From Octopus bimaculoides (taxonomy: Eukaryota), in NCBI RefSeq assembly GCF_001194135.2, contig NC_068981.1, positions 21,431,902 through 21,477,603 of the forward strand: DNA of 45,702 nucleotides, given 5' to 3'. Within the stretch, counting starts at the first letter, position 1. Each line of letters begins with the position of its first letter. This document shows positions 23,901 to 37,300 of this stretch, in pieces. The notes under the pieces are model-generated. The model did no database searches, was not told where the DNA came from, and saw only the letters and a program-made list of their open reading frames with translations. The position numbers were made by a program, and so were the translations under genes.

Positions 23901-26900
23901 TGTTTGTATGACAATAACACCTATTTACAAATATTGTGTGATGGTAAGGCCACGAGACAAACACACATACACATACATATAGGGGCTTCTTTCAGTTTCT
24001 GTTTACCAAATTCACTCACAGCTTTGTTCAGTCTGGGGCTTAAGTAGAAGACACTGAGTGAAAGTGCCACACAGCAGGACTGAACCTGAAACCACATTGT
24101 TGGGAAGCAAACTTCTTAACCACACAGTTGTGCGTGTATAATTAAGTTAGTGTTAACATACTGAATGCAAGGAACATTATTATGATCTATAACTGCCAAA
24201 TCAGATAATTCTAATAATTGATTTTAGAGTCATGTAACAAACTGTTTTCTATCTTAATAGTGTGGTCAGAAACTGGATGTCTATCATTGGCAAGATGGGA
24301 GCAATAGCAGCAAACCAATATGTTCCATAAAAGCTCATTCCCGTGTTGTAAGGTGAGATTCATATATAATTTCTAAATCTTGTAAACATTCTCTCTTGTT
24401 TCTTTTACTCTTGTATCTTCATTTCTTTTTAAAGTATTACCATTGTGTTGAGTCAAAAGTTTTGCAGTATTTTGGTTACTTATTTACTTTATTCATCAAG
24501 TTATAACAAAATCAGAGGCCACCATGTTGCACCATCTGAAGTTACCTTTCTATCAGTTCTTTAATTCTATGTTCATACCAGTTCTTGTCCTTCCACCTCC
24601 TCTTGGTTGATGAAGCATTGTGAGTGCAGAAAGTGAGCCATAGATGAGAACAAGTAATAATTTGAGGAAGATATTTTTCCACAATATTAACATCCATAAG
24701 TAGTGGTTACCAAGCATGGGAATCTGTTACCAAGCATGGGCATTTCAAACAGATGTTCTGCGTCTGGTGGAATTATGAGGGGATAATTCACTGTGAGTTT
24801 GTTCTGGATGGTTGAACCATCAATACCAACCAGCACTCCAAACAGCTGGAATAGATGTATGTCATTGTGTGGCAAAAATACCCAGCATTGGTTAACAGAA
24901 ACCAAGCTCTTCTACAGCAAGAGAATGCAAGACCTCATAATGCTCAAACTCCAAAAACTTGAGGGAATCGAACTGATGGCACACCCAGCATATAGTCCAA
25001 ACCTAATTCCCTTGGATTATTACTTGTTCCAATCTATGGCTCAAATCCTGTGCTCACAACACTTCATCAACCAAGAGGAGCTGAAAGCTTCAGTGAAGGA
25101 ACTCTTCGCCTTGAAAGACAAGAACTGATGTCAGCTTGGGATCAAAGAACTGGTAGAAAGGTAGCTTTAGACAGTGCAACATGATGGCCTCTACTTTGAA
25201 TGCTAGGCTGTTTTTGTTATAACTTGTCAAATAAAGCTAATAAGTTAACAAAATATTGCAAAACTTTTGAGCACAATAAATCATTCTTTAACTATCAACA
25301 TTTGAAAGTGAGCTATTGCTCTAATCAGTCTCCAATCAGTGAAGTATTTATTAGGTGATATGAATAATCATCATCTTTATTTTCATGTCTGTTTTTCCAT
25401 ACTGGCTTAAGTTGAATAGGGTTTTTTGAGGTAGCTGGATCCCTTTTCTGATAGAAGCCATTTTAATTGCCTCATAATATGCAGGAATACAGTGTACCTA
25501 TTCTAAAAATGGAGGTACACACATTTTTTTTTCTCTTCAGTATTTGGATCAAAGACAGGATATATTTCAAGCTGCTTCTGTTGTTATCACCACTGGACAT
25601 CATTGATCCAGGTGTGACCAAGAACATTGTTTGAATGAAAAGGTCAATGTTTTGAGCAATAGTCACTTTATCTTTATTGTGGGGTACGCTATTCAAAAAT
25701 ATATGATCATTTCAATAATTCTTCATTATCATCATCATGAAAAATGGACATTAAATGATGATGATGAGGAGGATTAACTTCCTGTATGACAAGGTACTGC
25801 ACTGGACTGATGGTCTTGAAATGCATGATATCACAAGAATTGTACTAACCTTGTTTACATTCATTTTAAAGGAAGTGAGGAACCCTCTAATGTAAGGGAA
25901 AAAGTCTTCTATCATTCATTTCTGTTTTGTAACATCCCTTGTACTTTTGTTGTTTTTTGTTATTTGTATTTGCTTTTTGTTTTATATATATATATAGAAT
26001 ATTTATTTTGTGTGTATTTCTTTAGTGATTTAGATTGGTCACCATTTGATGTCAACATCCTGGCTTCTTGCTCTGTTGATTCCTACACTTTTCTCTGGGA
26101 TATCAGGTCAGTCCTTGTATTTTGTTGAATAAAACAATATTTAGTGATATTTTCATGATATCAGTAATATTGTATCATCATCACCATCATCATCATTGTA
26201 ATCAGCTGCATTATTTTCAGTGCACTTATGTGCAATATTGATAATTCAATCAAGGAATATAATTAATGCTGTGAAATATCTAGAGAGAATCTTCAATTCA
26301 AGCTGTTCTGCTTTTATTGTAAGCAAATTTTGTAAAAAGACAGTTTTGACTCAACCAGGGAATCAAAAGCTGTTTTATGATTTTCATTATCAGCTACATT
26401 ATCCTTTGATTGAAACCAATTAATTTTTACTTAATCTGCATGGTCTTATTTGTTATCATTAAGATATTCAAAATGCATGAAAATCATTGTTAAGATGTAC
26501 AACTCTGACTTAAGCTCAGGTACTTGAAGGATACCAAATGGAACTGTAAAACCTTAGAAAGGATAAGTCAATTAATTGTCACATTGATGCATACCAATAA
26601 AAAGAATATCTTAGACTAGGAGGAACAGAAGTAAATAATGAATACACAAAATATTCTGTAATTAAGATAAAAACATTTTATTCTTGTTCTGTTATGTAAT
26701 TCATATATGTGTAAGAGTCATAAAAGCTTACTAATAACTATATTGAAATGTAGAATCTGTCTCCTACTTTGTGAATTCAGTTATTTGCATAAGAAACTAT
26801 GTAATTAAGTGGAATTGACCATATTATGTATTCTTGTTGTTGCAAGTTTGTTGCCACTGGTATTAATATAACAAATACACTCACAAGATTGCTCTATATA

Positions 26901-28313
26901 CTCAAAGCTGGCCTTGTTATTTTTCAGAGAACCAAAGAAACCTACTGGATCATTTCAGACAGTTGGTGAGTATATACTGTACTTGACAACAGCAGTGTCA
27001 TGTGAACCACTAGTTTACAAATATTTCCTTATGTTCTGCTATGTTTAGACAACCCATGCAAACATATAAAAACTGATATAAAAATGATAAAGACTCATTC
27101 ATTCATTGTTGGCACTCTGTCGCTTACGTCGTCGAGGGTTCCAGTTGATCCGATCAATGGAACAGCCTGCTTGTGAAATTAACGTGCAAGTGGCTGAGCA
27201 CTCCACAGACACGTGTACCCTTAACGTAGTTCTCGGAAATATTCAACGTAACACAGAGTGACAAGGCTAACCCTTTGAATTACAGGCACAACAGAAACAG
27301 GAAGTAAGAGTGAGAGAAAGTTGTGGTGAAAGAGTACAGCAGGGTTCGCCACTATCCCCTGCCGAAGCCTCGTGAAGCTTTAGGTGTTTTCGCTCAATAA
27401 ACACTCACAACGCCTGATCTAGGAATCGAAACTGCAAGTCCGCTACCCTAACCATTGGGCCATTGCGCCTCCACAATAAAGACTATATATATATATATAT
27501 ATATATAAACAAACTTGAAGTCAATTCAAATATTTTCGCTGCAGTTTGCCATGGAGAAATGTTCTCGCTTTAAGCAAAAGGTATTGAAAACAACTGAGTC
27601 AGTTCAAAGCAGCGATTATGCTAAAAATACACTTACAAGTCCATAGAGGATGCTTTGAACTGACTTTTCACTTTCAGCAAGGGTTTTTCCCTCATACTAA
27701 ACCTCAGTGAAAATGCCTCTTTGGAGATATACTGTGCATGAGAAGACCTGGCAAGCCAAGTGAGAGCATAACTGTGGCCTATGCCAGTGCAGCATAACTG
27801 GTCCATATCAGAGTACCCTTCAATCATTGGGCAATAAACTGCGCTTGCGAAGACCTGTTGAGTCAAGTGAAGTCATTGTTGTAGCTGATGACAGTACTGC
27901 CTGATTGACACCCATGAAAACCACCATTCAAATGATTGGCACATGAAAACCACCAATCAAATGTAGTCCATGCCAGTGCCATCTGACTGGCTCCCATGTC
28001 GGTGGCATGTAAAAAACACCATTTGAATGTGGCTGGTGCCAGTGCCGGCTGACTGTTTCCGTGCTGGTGGCACGTAAAAAGCACCCACTACACTCTTGGA
28101 GTGGTTGGCATTAGGAAGCACATCCAGCTGTAGAAACCTTGCCAGATCAGATTGGAGCCTGGTGCAGCCTTCTGGCTTGCCAACCCTCAGTCAAACTGTC
28201 GAACTCATCCCAGCATGGAAAGCAGATGTTAAACGACGACGATGATGATGATGATATATACATGGGTGATATATTACTACACTCGTATATATCTATCTAT
28301 ATATTTATGTATA

Positions 28314-28368
<55 letters not shown>

Positions 28369-31300
28369 CACTTTGAATTATATGTTAGACCAGGCTCACC
28401 TGTGTGTTGTGATGACTGTTGTGTTACTATATCTTCTAATGTCTGTTGTGTTGTAATTTGTAACATCTTTTCTGTTGCAATGCATATTGTGTTGTAGTGT
28501 CTGCTGTGTTGCAGTGTTTTCTATATAATGTCTGCTCTGTTGTTATGTCTACTTTTGTCATTATGTCAATTGTATTACATCTATTGTGTTATATCTTCTG
28601 TGCTGCTATGAAATATAGGTTGTCTTGTCTGTATGTTACGTGTAATTGATTATACATAAGATTATTGTGCCATTTCTCACAAGATGTTTTATCATTTGAT
28701 GACCAAATCACATGAGAAAGGAGGATGTTTTTACAAATGCTGCCTTTTCTTTTGTCTTTTCCTTAAGCTGGTGCCTCTCAGGTTCAATGGAACAAAGTTA
28801 CCAACAACACATTTGCTACAACACATGAAGGTGATGTCAGAATTTGGGATCCAAGGGTAGGTTTTATAAAATCTTTTCCATTAGATCTTGACATTCTCTT
28901 GTACCAATTTCCACACCTAACTGTAAAATTGTAACTTAATATCAAATCCTTAACAACTTCATCCTGAACTGGAAAGTTCGACTATAATATTTATTTATAA
29001 TGTCTATTGGTTAAAAAATACAATTAGATAGAACAGTGCTTCTCAAACTATCTGATGTGGCGTACTGGCAGTTTGTTTTTCCAATGTGCCAGGGACTGGT
29101 AATATTTCTTAGTAATATTAATTTATACCGGAAACAATATATATAATGAATATAATAAAAGTTGACAATTTTCTTATCTTGTATTTATTTTGTAACCAAA
29201 TAATACAATATTACGTAAGCATTTTATAATGTTTCTTTCTTTTCTGGAAACTTGCCGTGTACCAGCAGCTGATGGCTTGCAGACTGGCACCAGTCCGCAG
29301 ACCACCACTTTGAGTAGCACTGAGATAGAAGATAAAATAGTATTGTAAATTTTATTTGCAAAACCAGATACATCTAGATACAAGTGACTGAGTAGTCTTT
29401 GGAATACTAATCAGAGGATTCAGTTCCACTTGGAATCACCATTCATGTTATAATCTTTACTGTGCTTCATATTCTTACTTTTCTCTTTTTTCCCTTTCCA
29501 AGATAAGTTTTTATTTATTTGGATATGTTCACATTGTTCAACTTTTTTCCACTAAGATTTCTTTCCTACTAACTATGAAGTAGAAATAGAGCAATAGAAT
29601 CTATGTCAGTAATGCAAACCTAATGAATACACACCATGTGGCTCTTTACAACAGTTGGTGTTTGGTGTGAACTTATGATAATGCTACTTACACACCAGGC
29701 TATCTTTTCCACTTCTTTCCAGTTGGATCCCTGCTTTTTCAGCTCTGCTTCAGTATTTCAACCTCTAGCTATTTTTAGGCCACCATCTCTTCCACCACTC
29801 TTGTGGTTGTATGTTTCCCTGACAGAAGGCTTTTCTCTCTCCTAGATCTTGTTGGTTTTGTCATCCATGCATCTGTAACTTTGCTTTTTTCTAGGTAGGA
29901 GTCTTGGTCCTACACAAACCTATTTCTCTCTCTGGAAAGTGGTGGTCCATATTATTCTGGCCTGTGTCCTTTGACTTGTCTCGCATGTGAGGCCCTACCA
30001 AGTACTTGAACTCCATTGGTATTGCTTTCTCAGGGTCATCGAGGCACACAAGCTACCACACTACAACAGGGACTGGATCTTGTGGTCATGAATGCAGTCA
30101 GCCAGTAATCTAACATATTAAGCTTACAACCATAGTGCCTGTCTTGAGAATCTACTCTATAACAAAAATTGTAAAGCCTAGAAGTATTTAGATAGCACGA
30201 AACTATTCACAATATAGAAAACTTTGCATAGAGATTTAGTTTTGTGAAACCCAACCTTTGATATTATATCACTTATGTCTTTATATTATCCTGACAGAAA
30301 GGAAATACTGCTGTGCAGTATATTGCAGCCCACCCGTCCAAGATTTATGGTTTAGACTGGAGTCCGTTTTCAGAGTACAATTTAGCTACTTGTAGTCAGG
30401 ACTGTACAGTGAAGGTAAGTTTTTACTTCCACATTTTGATATACTAGTTGGTACTAATTCTGAATGAGAATTTTGTCATTGAACAAAGTGTCCCCCCACC
30501 CCTCACCCTCTTCTCTGTTTCTCTCTTTCCATTGAAAATCTTTAAGATGTCCCAAACATTTGCTGATAATTTCAAATCTCTGCTATAAAGTTGATACCCA
30601 AGCAATAGTCTGATGACAGTAATGTCAACTTCAGCTGTAACTCTGATAATGTGCCTAAAAATTACAATGATTCAGTTCCTGACCATTAATAGTTTTCAAG
30701 TCCATTTCTCCTGCTCCTAATATTACTATATGGAATATCTTGTCTTCATTAAAAAAAAAAAGACTGTATACCTCAAGTTCAAGATTTTATTGCTGAAACT
30801 TCATTTTACAATAATTCTTTGAGAAGCAAAAGGGTCCGTGCAGAGCCATGTAAAAGTGCCCAGCACACCCTGTGAAGTAGTTGGCATTAGGAAGGGCATT
30901 CAGCTATAGAGACCATGCTAAATCAGACTGGAGTCTGATGCAACTCACCTACTTGCAAGATTTGATCAAACCATCCAACCCATGCTAGTATGGACAACGG
31001 ATGTTAAATGATGGGGCTAATGATGCATTAATTTCACTGTAATATTTTCATTAACACAGAGAAAATGTACAATTTAGACGCAATTATCTTAATATTGCTT
31101 CTAACTTAGAAGAAAGAGATAATCTGCATACTTGAATTCTTTACTCTAGTTCTTTCCTATCTTACTTTGTAAAAGAGCTACTCTTGGGTCCCAGATAATA
31201 GTGGGGTTGAAATAAGCAGGTGGGTTGGATATTTGCTTAAAAAGTGGGTGGGTTGGAAAATCGGTAATTGTATAGTGGTAACTATAAAATTTAAATATTT

Positions 31301-34300
31301 TCTAGGTTGTCTCCCTTGATTTTCTTTTTTTTTTTTAAATCATTTATTTACTCTCGAGTCCCAAATAATAGGTGGGGTGTTGAAATAAGCGGGTGGGTTG
31401 GACATTTGCTTAAATTCATATAAGCGGGTAGATTGGAATAAACGGAGGTGGGTGGGAATCAGTAACAGCATAGTGTATGTACGAAAATTAGGAAAAAAGC
31501 ATCTTAAAGCACATATAACAACACAACGAAGCAAAAGAAATTAACAAAAGGCAAATGAAATTAGCACATACGTGTACTTCAAACGTTCACTTTAGTTAAG
31601 ATATACATTTGGATGATAAAAACAAGACATTTGTTAATTATGGTAATTTGGGTTTTTTTTTTTAAATGCAATGGACTAAACAGATATTGATACAAGCAAC
31701 ACGTCTTAAAAAGAAAGAAAAGTAAAACACAATGAAAAGAGTATATAATTACAGTTTCGTGAACTTGCAGTATTTTCACATTATACATAATAAAACATAA
31801 ATAGGTATAAATGATAGACTCATGATTTTTCATTACTGTCCTTCTGCAGGTTTCTCGGTTTCGATATTCGCTTCTTTACATATTGCTGAGCTTCACTGAC
31901 AGTTGACATGAGTTTGTTTTGATATGGCAAGAAAAGTGTAGAGGTCTCGTTTTCATACAACACCTTCTGTATTTTATCAAGGAACAGGGCATCTATATTA
32001 ACCTGATCATCACTGCTGATTCCTACTAGAGAGATAGAGCTTCCTATCATCATGTTTGGCCAACCATGCTTTGGCTCCTGTGAAACCTCCATGGGGGTTT
32101 TTCCAGATGGGTCAATTACCTCCAGAAGATTCCCAGATGGTTCGCTTTCATCTTCCGACTCACTTTTCTTTGGTGCCATCACCATCAAATAGTTCTGAGC
32201 CTTCAATATTATTTGCATGCTTGACTCCCTGAATAGTATTTGGGCAGGGTTTTGACGTAATCTCTAGACGAAACTCTCACAGCAACAGACCGATGAGGTG
32301 CATGATTCAGTCTGACCCCTTATAATTTTCAGAGCCATCGAAAGTGTTTGTGGCCCATGTCAACTTGAAAGCAGCTTCAACATCAATCTGCATGTGCTTG
32401 TTGTAGCATCTGCATCATCTCAGATCGATTGGGTATGATGGATTATCCTTCTGCAACGTGTATTTTTCTGAGATACTGGAGTGTCTTTCAAATATTGTAA
32501 TAAAATTTTTTTTATATATTAGTATTAGATAGAGTTGTATAAAAAAAATATTTTTGGTAATAAATCAAATAAAAAAGTTTGGGCACTAATGGATTAAAGT
32601 AGAAAACAGGTCCTTAGTGACTGAATGAATAACTGCTGTTCAATAAGTGTTGTTTTCTGGAATCATTCTTAGGATAATTGTATGAAATTAGCTATATGTA
32701 TGGCATCCCTTGGAAATATTGTGAATCAGAACCTAACAATTTTTACTGTAGGCATGTGCCCTGCACTCAGTTTTACTGGTCCATGTAGAACTTTCCTTAT
32801 AGGAAGCCCTATCTGAGCAACTGAAACTGTGTTTAGGCACTCATAGAGCCTCTGAAATTTGCTATGATATATTCAACGTGCCCATAGTCAGTACATCATC
32901 ATCATCATCATCATCATCGTTTAACGTCCGCTTTCCATGCTAGCATGGGTTGGACGATTTGACTGAGGACTGGTGAAACCGGATGGCAACACCAGGCTCC
33001 AGTCTGATTTGGCAGAGTTTCTACAGCTGGATGCCCTTCCTAACGCCAACCACTCAGAGAGTGTAGTGGGTGCTTTTACGTGTCACCCGCACGAAAACGG
33101 CCACGCTCGAAATGGTGTCTTTTATGTGCCNNNNNNNNNNNNNNNNNNNNNNNNNNNNNNNNNNNNNNNNNNNNNNNNNNNNNNNNNNNNNNNNNNNNNN
33201 NNNNNNNNNNNNNNNNNNNNNNNNNNNNNNNNNNNNNNNNNNNNNNNNNNNNNNNNNNNNNNNNNNNNNNNNNNNNNNNNNNNNNNNNNNNNNNNNNNNN
33301 NNNNNNNNNNNNNNNNNNNNNNNNNNNNNNNNNNNNNNNNNNNNNNNNNNNNNNNNNNNNNNNNNNNNNNNNNNNNNNNNNNNNNNNNNNNNNNNNNNNN
33401 NNNNNNNNNNNNNNNNNNNNNNNNNNNNNNNNNNNNNNNNNNNNNNNNNNNNNNNNNNNNNNNNNNNNNNNNNNNNNNNNNNNNNNNNNNNNNNNNNNNN
33501 NNNNNNNNNNNATACTGTAAGTATACATTTATAATTTAATGTCCTGAAATTCAGTTTTAATTTTCATCCCCATTTTCAAAGAACTCTGTAAAAACATACA
33601 TTTCATTAGAAATAATCTGTGTTCTTAGACCTAAACTGAACTACCATCAAAAACATGCAATTGTGTGTTAGATCTTTCATATATGGTCATTATATGTTAA
33701 ATATAATGTATGAAATGTAGATGAAAATATCTCTACTGAAAAAACAACTTGGCAAAAGATGAGGCATTTTTATACTGCATTGCTCAGTGGATAGAGCATC
33801 AGGCTTGCAATCATGAAGTAGTGAGTTCGATTCCCAGATCAGGCTGTGTGTTGTGTTCTTGAGCAAGACACTTTATTTCATTTATTTAGTTCACTCATCT
33901 TTAGAAATGAGTTGCAACATCACTGGTGCCAAGCTGTATCGGTCTTTGCCTTTCCCTTGGATAAAATCGATGACATGGAGAGGGGTGGCTAGTATGCATG
34001 GGCGACTGCTAGCCTTCCACAAAAAACAGCCATTCCTGGACTTGTGTCTCAGAGGGAAACTTTCTGGGTGCAATCCTGTGGTTGTTCATGACTGAACAGG
34101 GTCTTTACCTCTATGTACTAACTACATAAAAAATTACATATTTTGCACCACTATATACTTGTTATATAACTGTTGATGAAGTTTTACACCATTCGGCATT
34201 AAGAAGGGTATCCAACCATAAAAACCATGCCAAAGCAGACATTGGAGCTCAACGCAGTCCTTAGACATCAGTTCCTGTTAAACCATCCAACCTATACCAG

Positions 34301-37300
34301 CATAGCACATGGAGGTCAACCCTTTAGCTTTTAAACTGGCCATATCCAGCCCTAATAGTCTACCTGTTTTATGTTCAAACCAGCCAGATTTGGCCTCTCA
34401 CACCAGTCCAACAATGCCATTCTAAAAATTAACAGTCACATCATCAAATTCTCAAAGCTAAGAGGTAATGTGTTATTAATTTGAAACACTATGAAGGCGG
34501 TGAGCTGGCAGAATCGTTAGCACACTGGATGGAATGCTTAGCGGTATATTGCTTCTCGCTACATTCTGAGTTCAAATTCCGCCATGGTTGACTTTGCCTT
34601 TCATACTCTTGGGGTCAATAAATTAAGTACCAGTGGAACACTGGGGTCACTGTAATTGACTTAGTCTCTTCCCCCAAGCTGCACTTGTGGCAAAAATTTG
34701 AAATCGTTAATTTGAAACAGTGTGAATAAGCATTAGATTTGGCAGAGTAATCTGAATGCTAGAGGATTAAATGACGATGATGATGATAAATTTGATATAT
34801 ATTGGTGCACCAACCATTTTATAACCATTCAGCATTTGTTTGGTGGAGCTTGTTGAATGTTTAACAAATTCTACCAAATAGAGTGTTTGACAGTTTGTTA
34901 TGAACCAGTTTAATAAATAATATTTATTGGTAACATCTGTTGATGTCTTGAGTTCTTCATATAATAGTGGCTACTGTTTGCATTCATCATCATCATCATC
35001 ATTATTATCTAATGTCCGCTTTCCATGCTGGCATGGGTTAGATGGTTTGACTGGAACTGCTAAGGGCTGCACCAGGTTTCTATGACTGGATGCCCTTCCT
35101 AACACCAACCACTCCATGAGTGTAATGGGTGCTTTTTACATGCCACTGGCATGGGTCCATTTACATGACACTGGCAATGGCCACGACTACGATTTCACTT
35201 GGCTTGACAAATCCTAATACTTCCATATTTATGTAACCAATCAAACTAACTATATTTTCAAATGACATTGCAACAAAATATGAGTAAAGGTCATCATCAT
35301 CATCGTTTAACGTCCGCTTTCCATGCTAGCCTGGGTTGGACGATTTGACTGAGGACTAGTGAACCAGATGGCTACACCAGGCTCCAATCTGATTTGGCAG
35401 AGTTTCTACAGCTGGTTGCCCTTCCTAACGCCAACCACTCTGAGAGTGTAGTGGGTGCTTTTACGTGCCACCGGCATGAAGGCCAGTCACACGGTACTGG
35501 CAATGACCACGCTCAAAATGGTGCATTTTACGTGCCATCTGCACATGAGCCAGTCCAGCGGCACTGATCACGCTCGAACGGTGCTCTTAGTGCTCCACTG
35601 GTACATGTGCCATCACGATTTTGCTTGCCCCAACAGGTCTTCGCAAGCCGAGTTTAGTGTCCAATGAAGGAGACGTTGGCATGGGGGCCAGTCATTGAAT
35701 TTAGTTTGATTTCGATTTGTTATGAGAAGCAAAAGAATCTAATGTGGTCCAATGACTGAAACAAGTAAAAGATAGAAACTAATGTTCTCTGAAATAAGTG
35801 ACCCTCCTAACAGATCTTTCTTTCTCGTTTCCTTTCTTTCACAGCCTTTCCAAATTGGATTAGTCACACTTGTTCTACCTCAATTAACCAGGGAGCCATA
35901 TCTGTATTTATGGAATATTTCTAACCTCAAGCAACCTGTGCACACTTTTGTAGGACATGCTGATGTTGTTTTAGACTTTCACTGGAGAAATAAAGCAAAA
36001 GGTAATCTGTTGATTTATCTGTGTGATTTGTGTGTGAAAGTGAGTGCATGTTTTGAATGTTCCCTTTTTATCAGAGAAGCGATAAGAGATTTGTGGAATG
36101 TTGTATATATGGTATGTGTGGAAGGTCCAGAGGGAAAAGTAGTAAGAAGGCAGAGAGGAAGAAGAGGGTGGAGGTGGAGTTGATGGACAATATAAAGAAG
36201 AGAAAATAAGAAGGGTAGGAATCATCATAGGAATCATCATTGGTGAGAAATGATCAAATGTTGAGCCTTACAGAGATGACAAAGAACCAAAGTATTTGGC
36301 AATTTGTTGTACTTGAGAAGACCTGCCCAGGTAAGTTAAATCCTGAACATAAAGATGGGTCCTTTATGTCCATTCTCCCCATTCACTCCACAACCCATGT
36401 CCACTACCACTGTATTCCTTCTCCTCCCTTAGATTCTCTCCCATGTACCAACTGGCATACAATATGTTCCCATTGAATCCCTTCCTCACAACATATTCTC
36501 CTAATACCCCCTCATTCTACCTGTGTCCACTTATTACATTTTTCCCCCATCCCAGGTCCAGCTTTCCTTTCGCAATCTTGGAAACTCACTCTCTCCAATC
36601 CTTGCTCCACCTCACTACATACACCTCCCTGTAATTTGGGTGTTTGGTCCATCTTCCCTTTCCGTCACATCTTCACCGTTTTTCCTCTTTTTCTCTCCAC
36701 CTAATGTAGCTGTTTCTCTTCTGATGCAAGACACCTTTTTCTGTCTTTCAATAATACTCCCCCACCCCAGCTGAGAAGTATTGCCTCGAAAGTTATTCAG
36801 TGAAAGGAAGTTGTTGATGGCTATATTCCACCATAAACTGAATGTTTATGTCAAGTCCATTTAGAAGTGCTTGCCAAAGAACAAAGCAGTCATCTAGATA
36901 TCTCTTCCAGTTATTTTCAAGGGAGAATAGGTTTCCGTATTTTTGTAGTACCTTACAATAAAGAGTGATTTCTAAGTACCCCATGACTAGGTTAGCAAAG
37001 GAGGGGGCAATTCTCATACCCATCGCAGTCCCTGAATTCTGTTGATAGAAGTTGTCATTGAATATGAAGTTATTCTTCAAGATGAATTTTAGCCCTTCTA
37101 TTACGAATTCTTTTTTGATGCGGTGTGGGAGTTCATTGGAATAATTCTCTAGCGAGAATTGGATTGCCTCTATTCCTAGGTTATGGGGGATATTAGAGTA
37201 CAGGTTGACTACATCGAAGGATACGAGTAAGGTTTTTTTACTAATTGCTTAAGGGAGGGGATTGAGTATATCTAGGTCATCCCTTATGTAGCTTTTGACA

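Noticed and set aside
32958-32995. CTGAGGA-CTGGT-GAAA hammerhead-like core in the antisense RTE tail
   Set aside because: Stem II cannot pair, stem III/UH is not formed, and GAAA is not kept in the 35292 copy.
32973-33539. ORFs of 146-188 aa
   Set aside because: They consist mostly of N-gap codons plus antisense RTE 3' UTR.
33776-33850. tRNA gene
   Set aside because: A and B boxes are present but there is no complete cloverleaf, and the sequence continues into a SINE body. The same applies to the other SINE heads.
35782-36183. 133-aa ORF as a stand-alone gene
   Set aside because: It is WDR59 exon 10 read through into flanking intron sequence.
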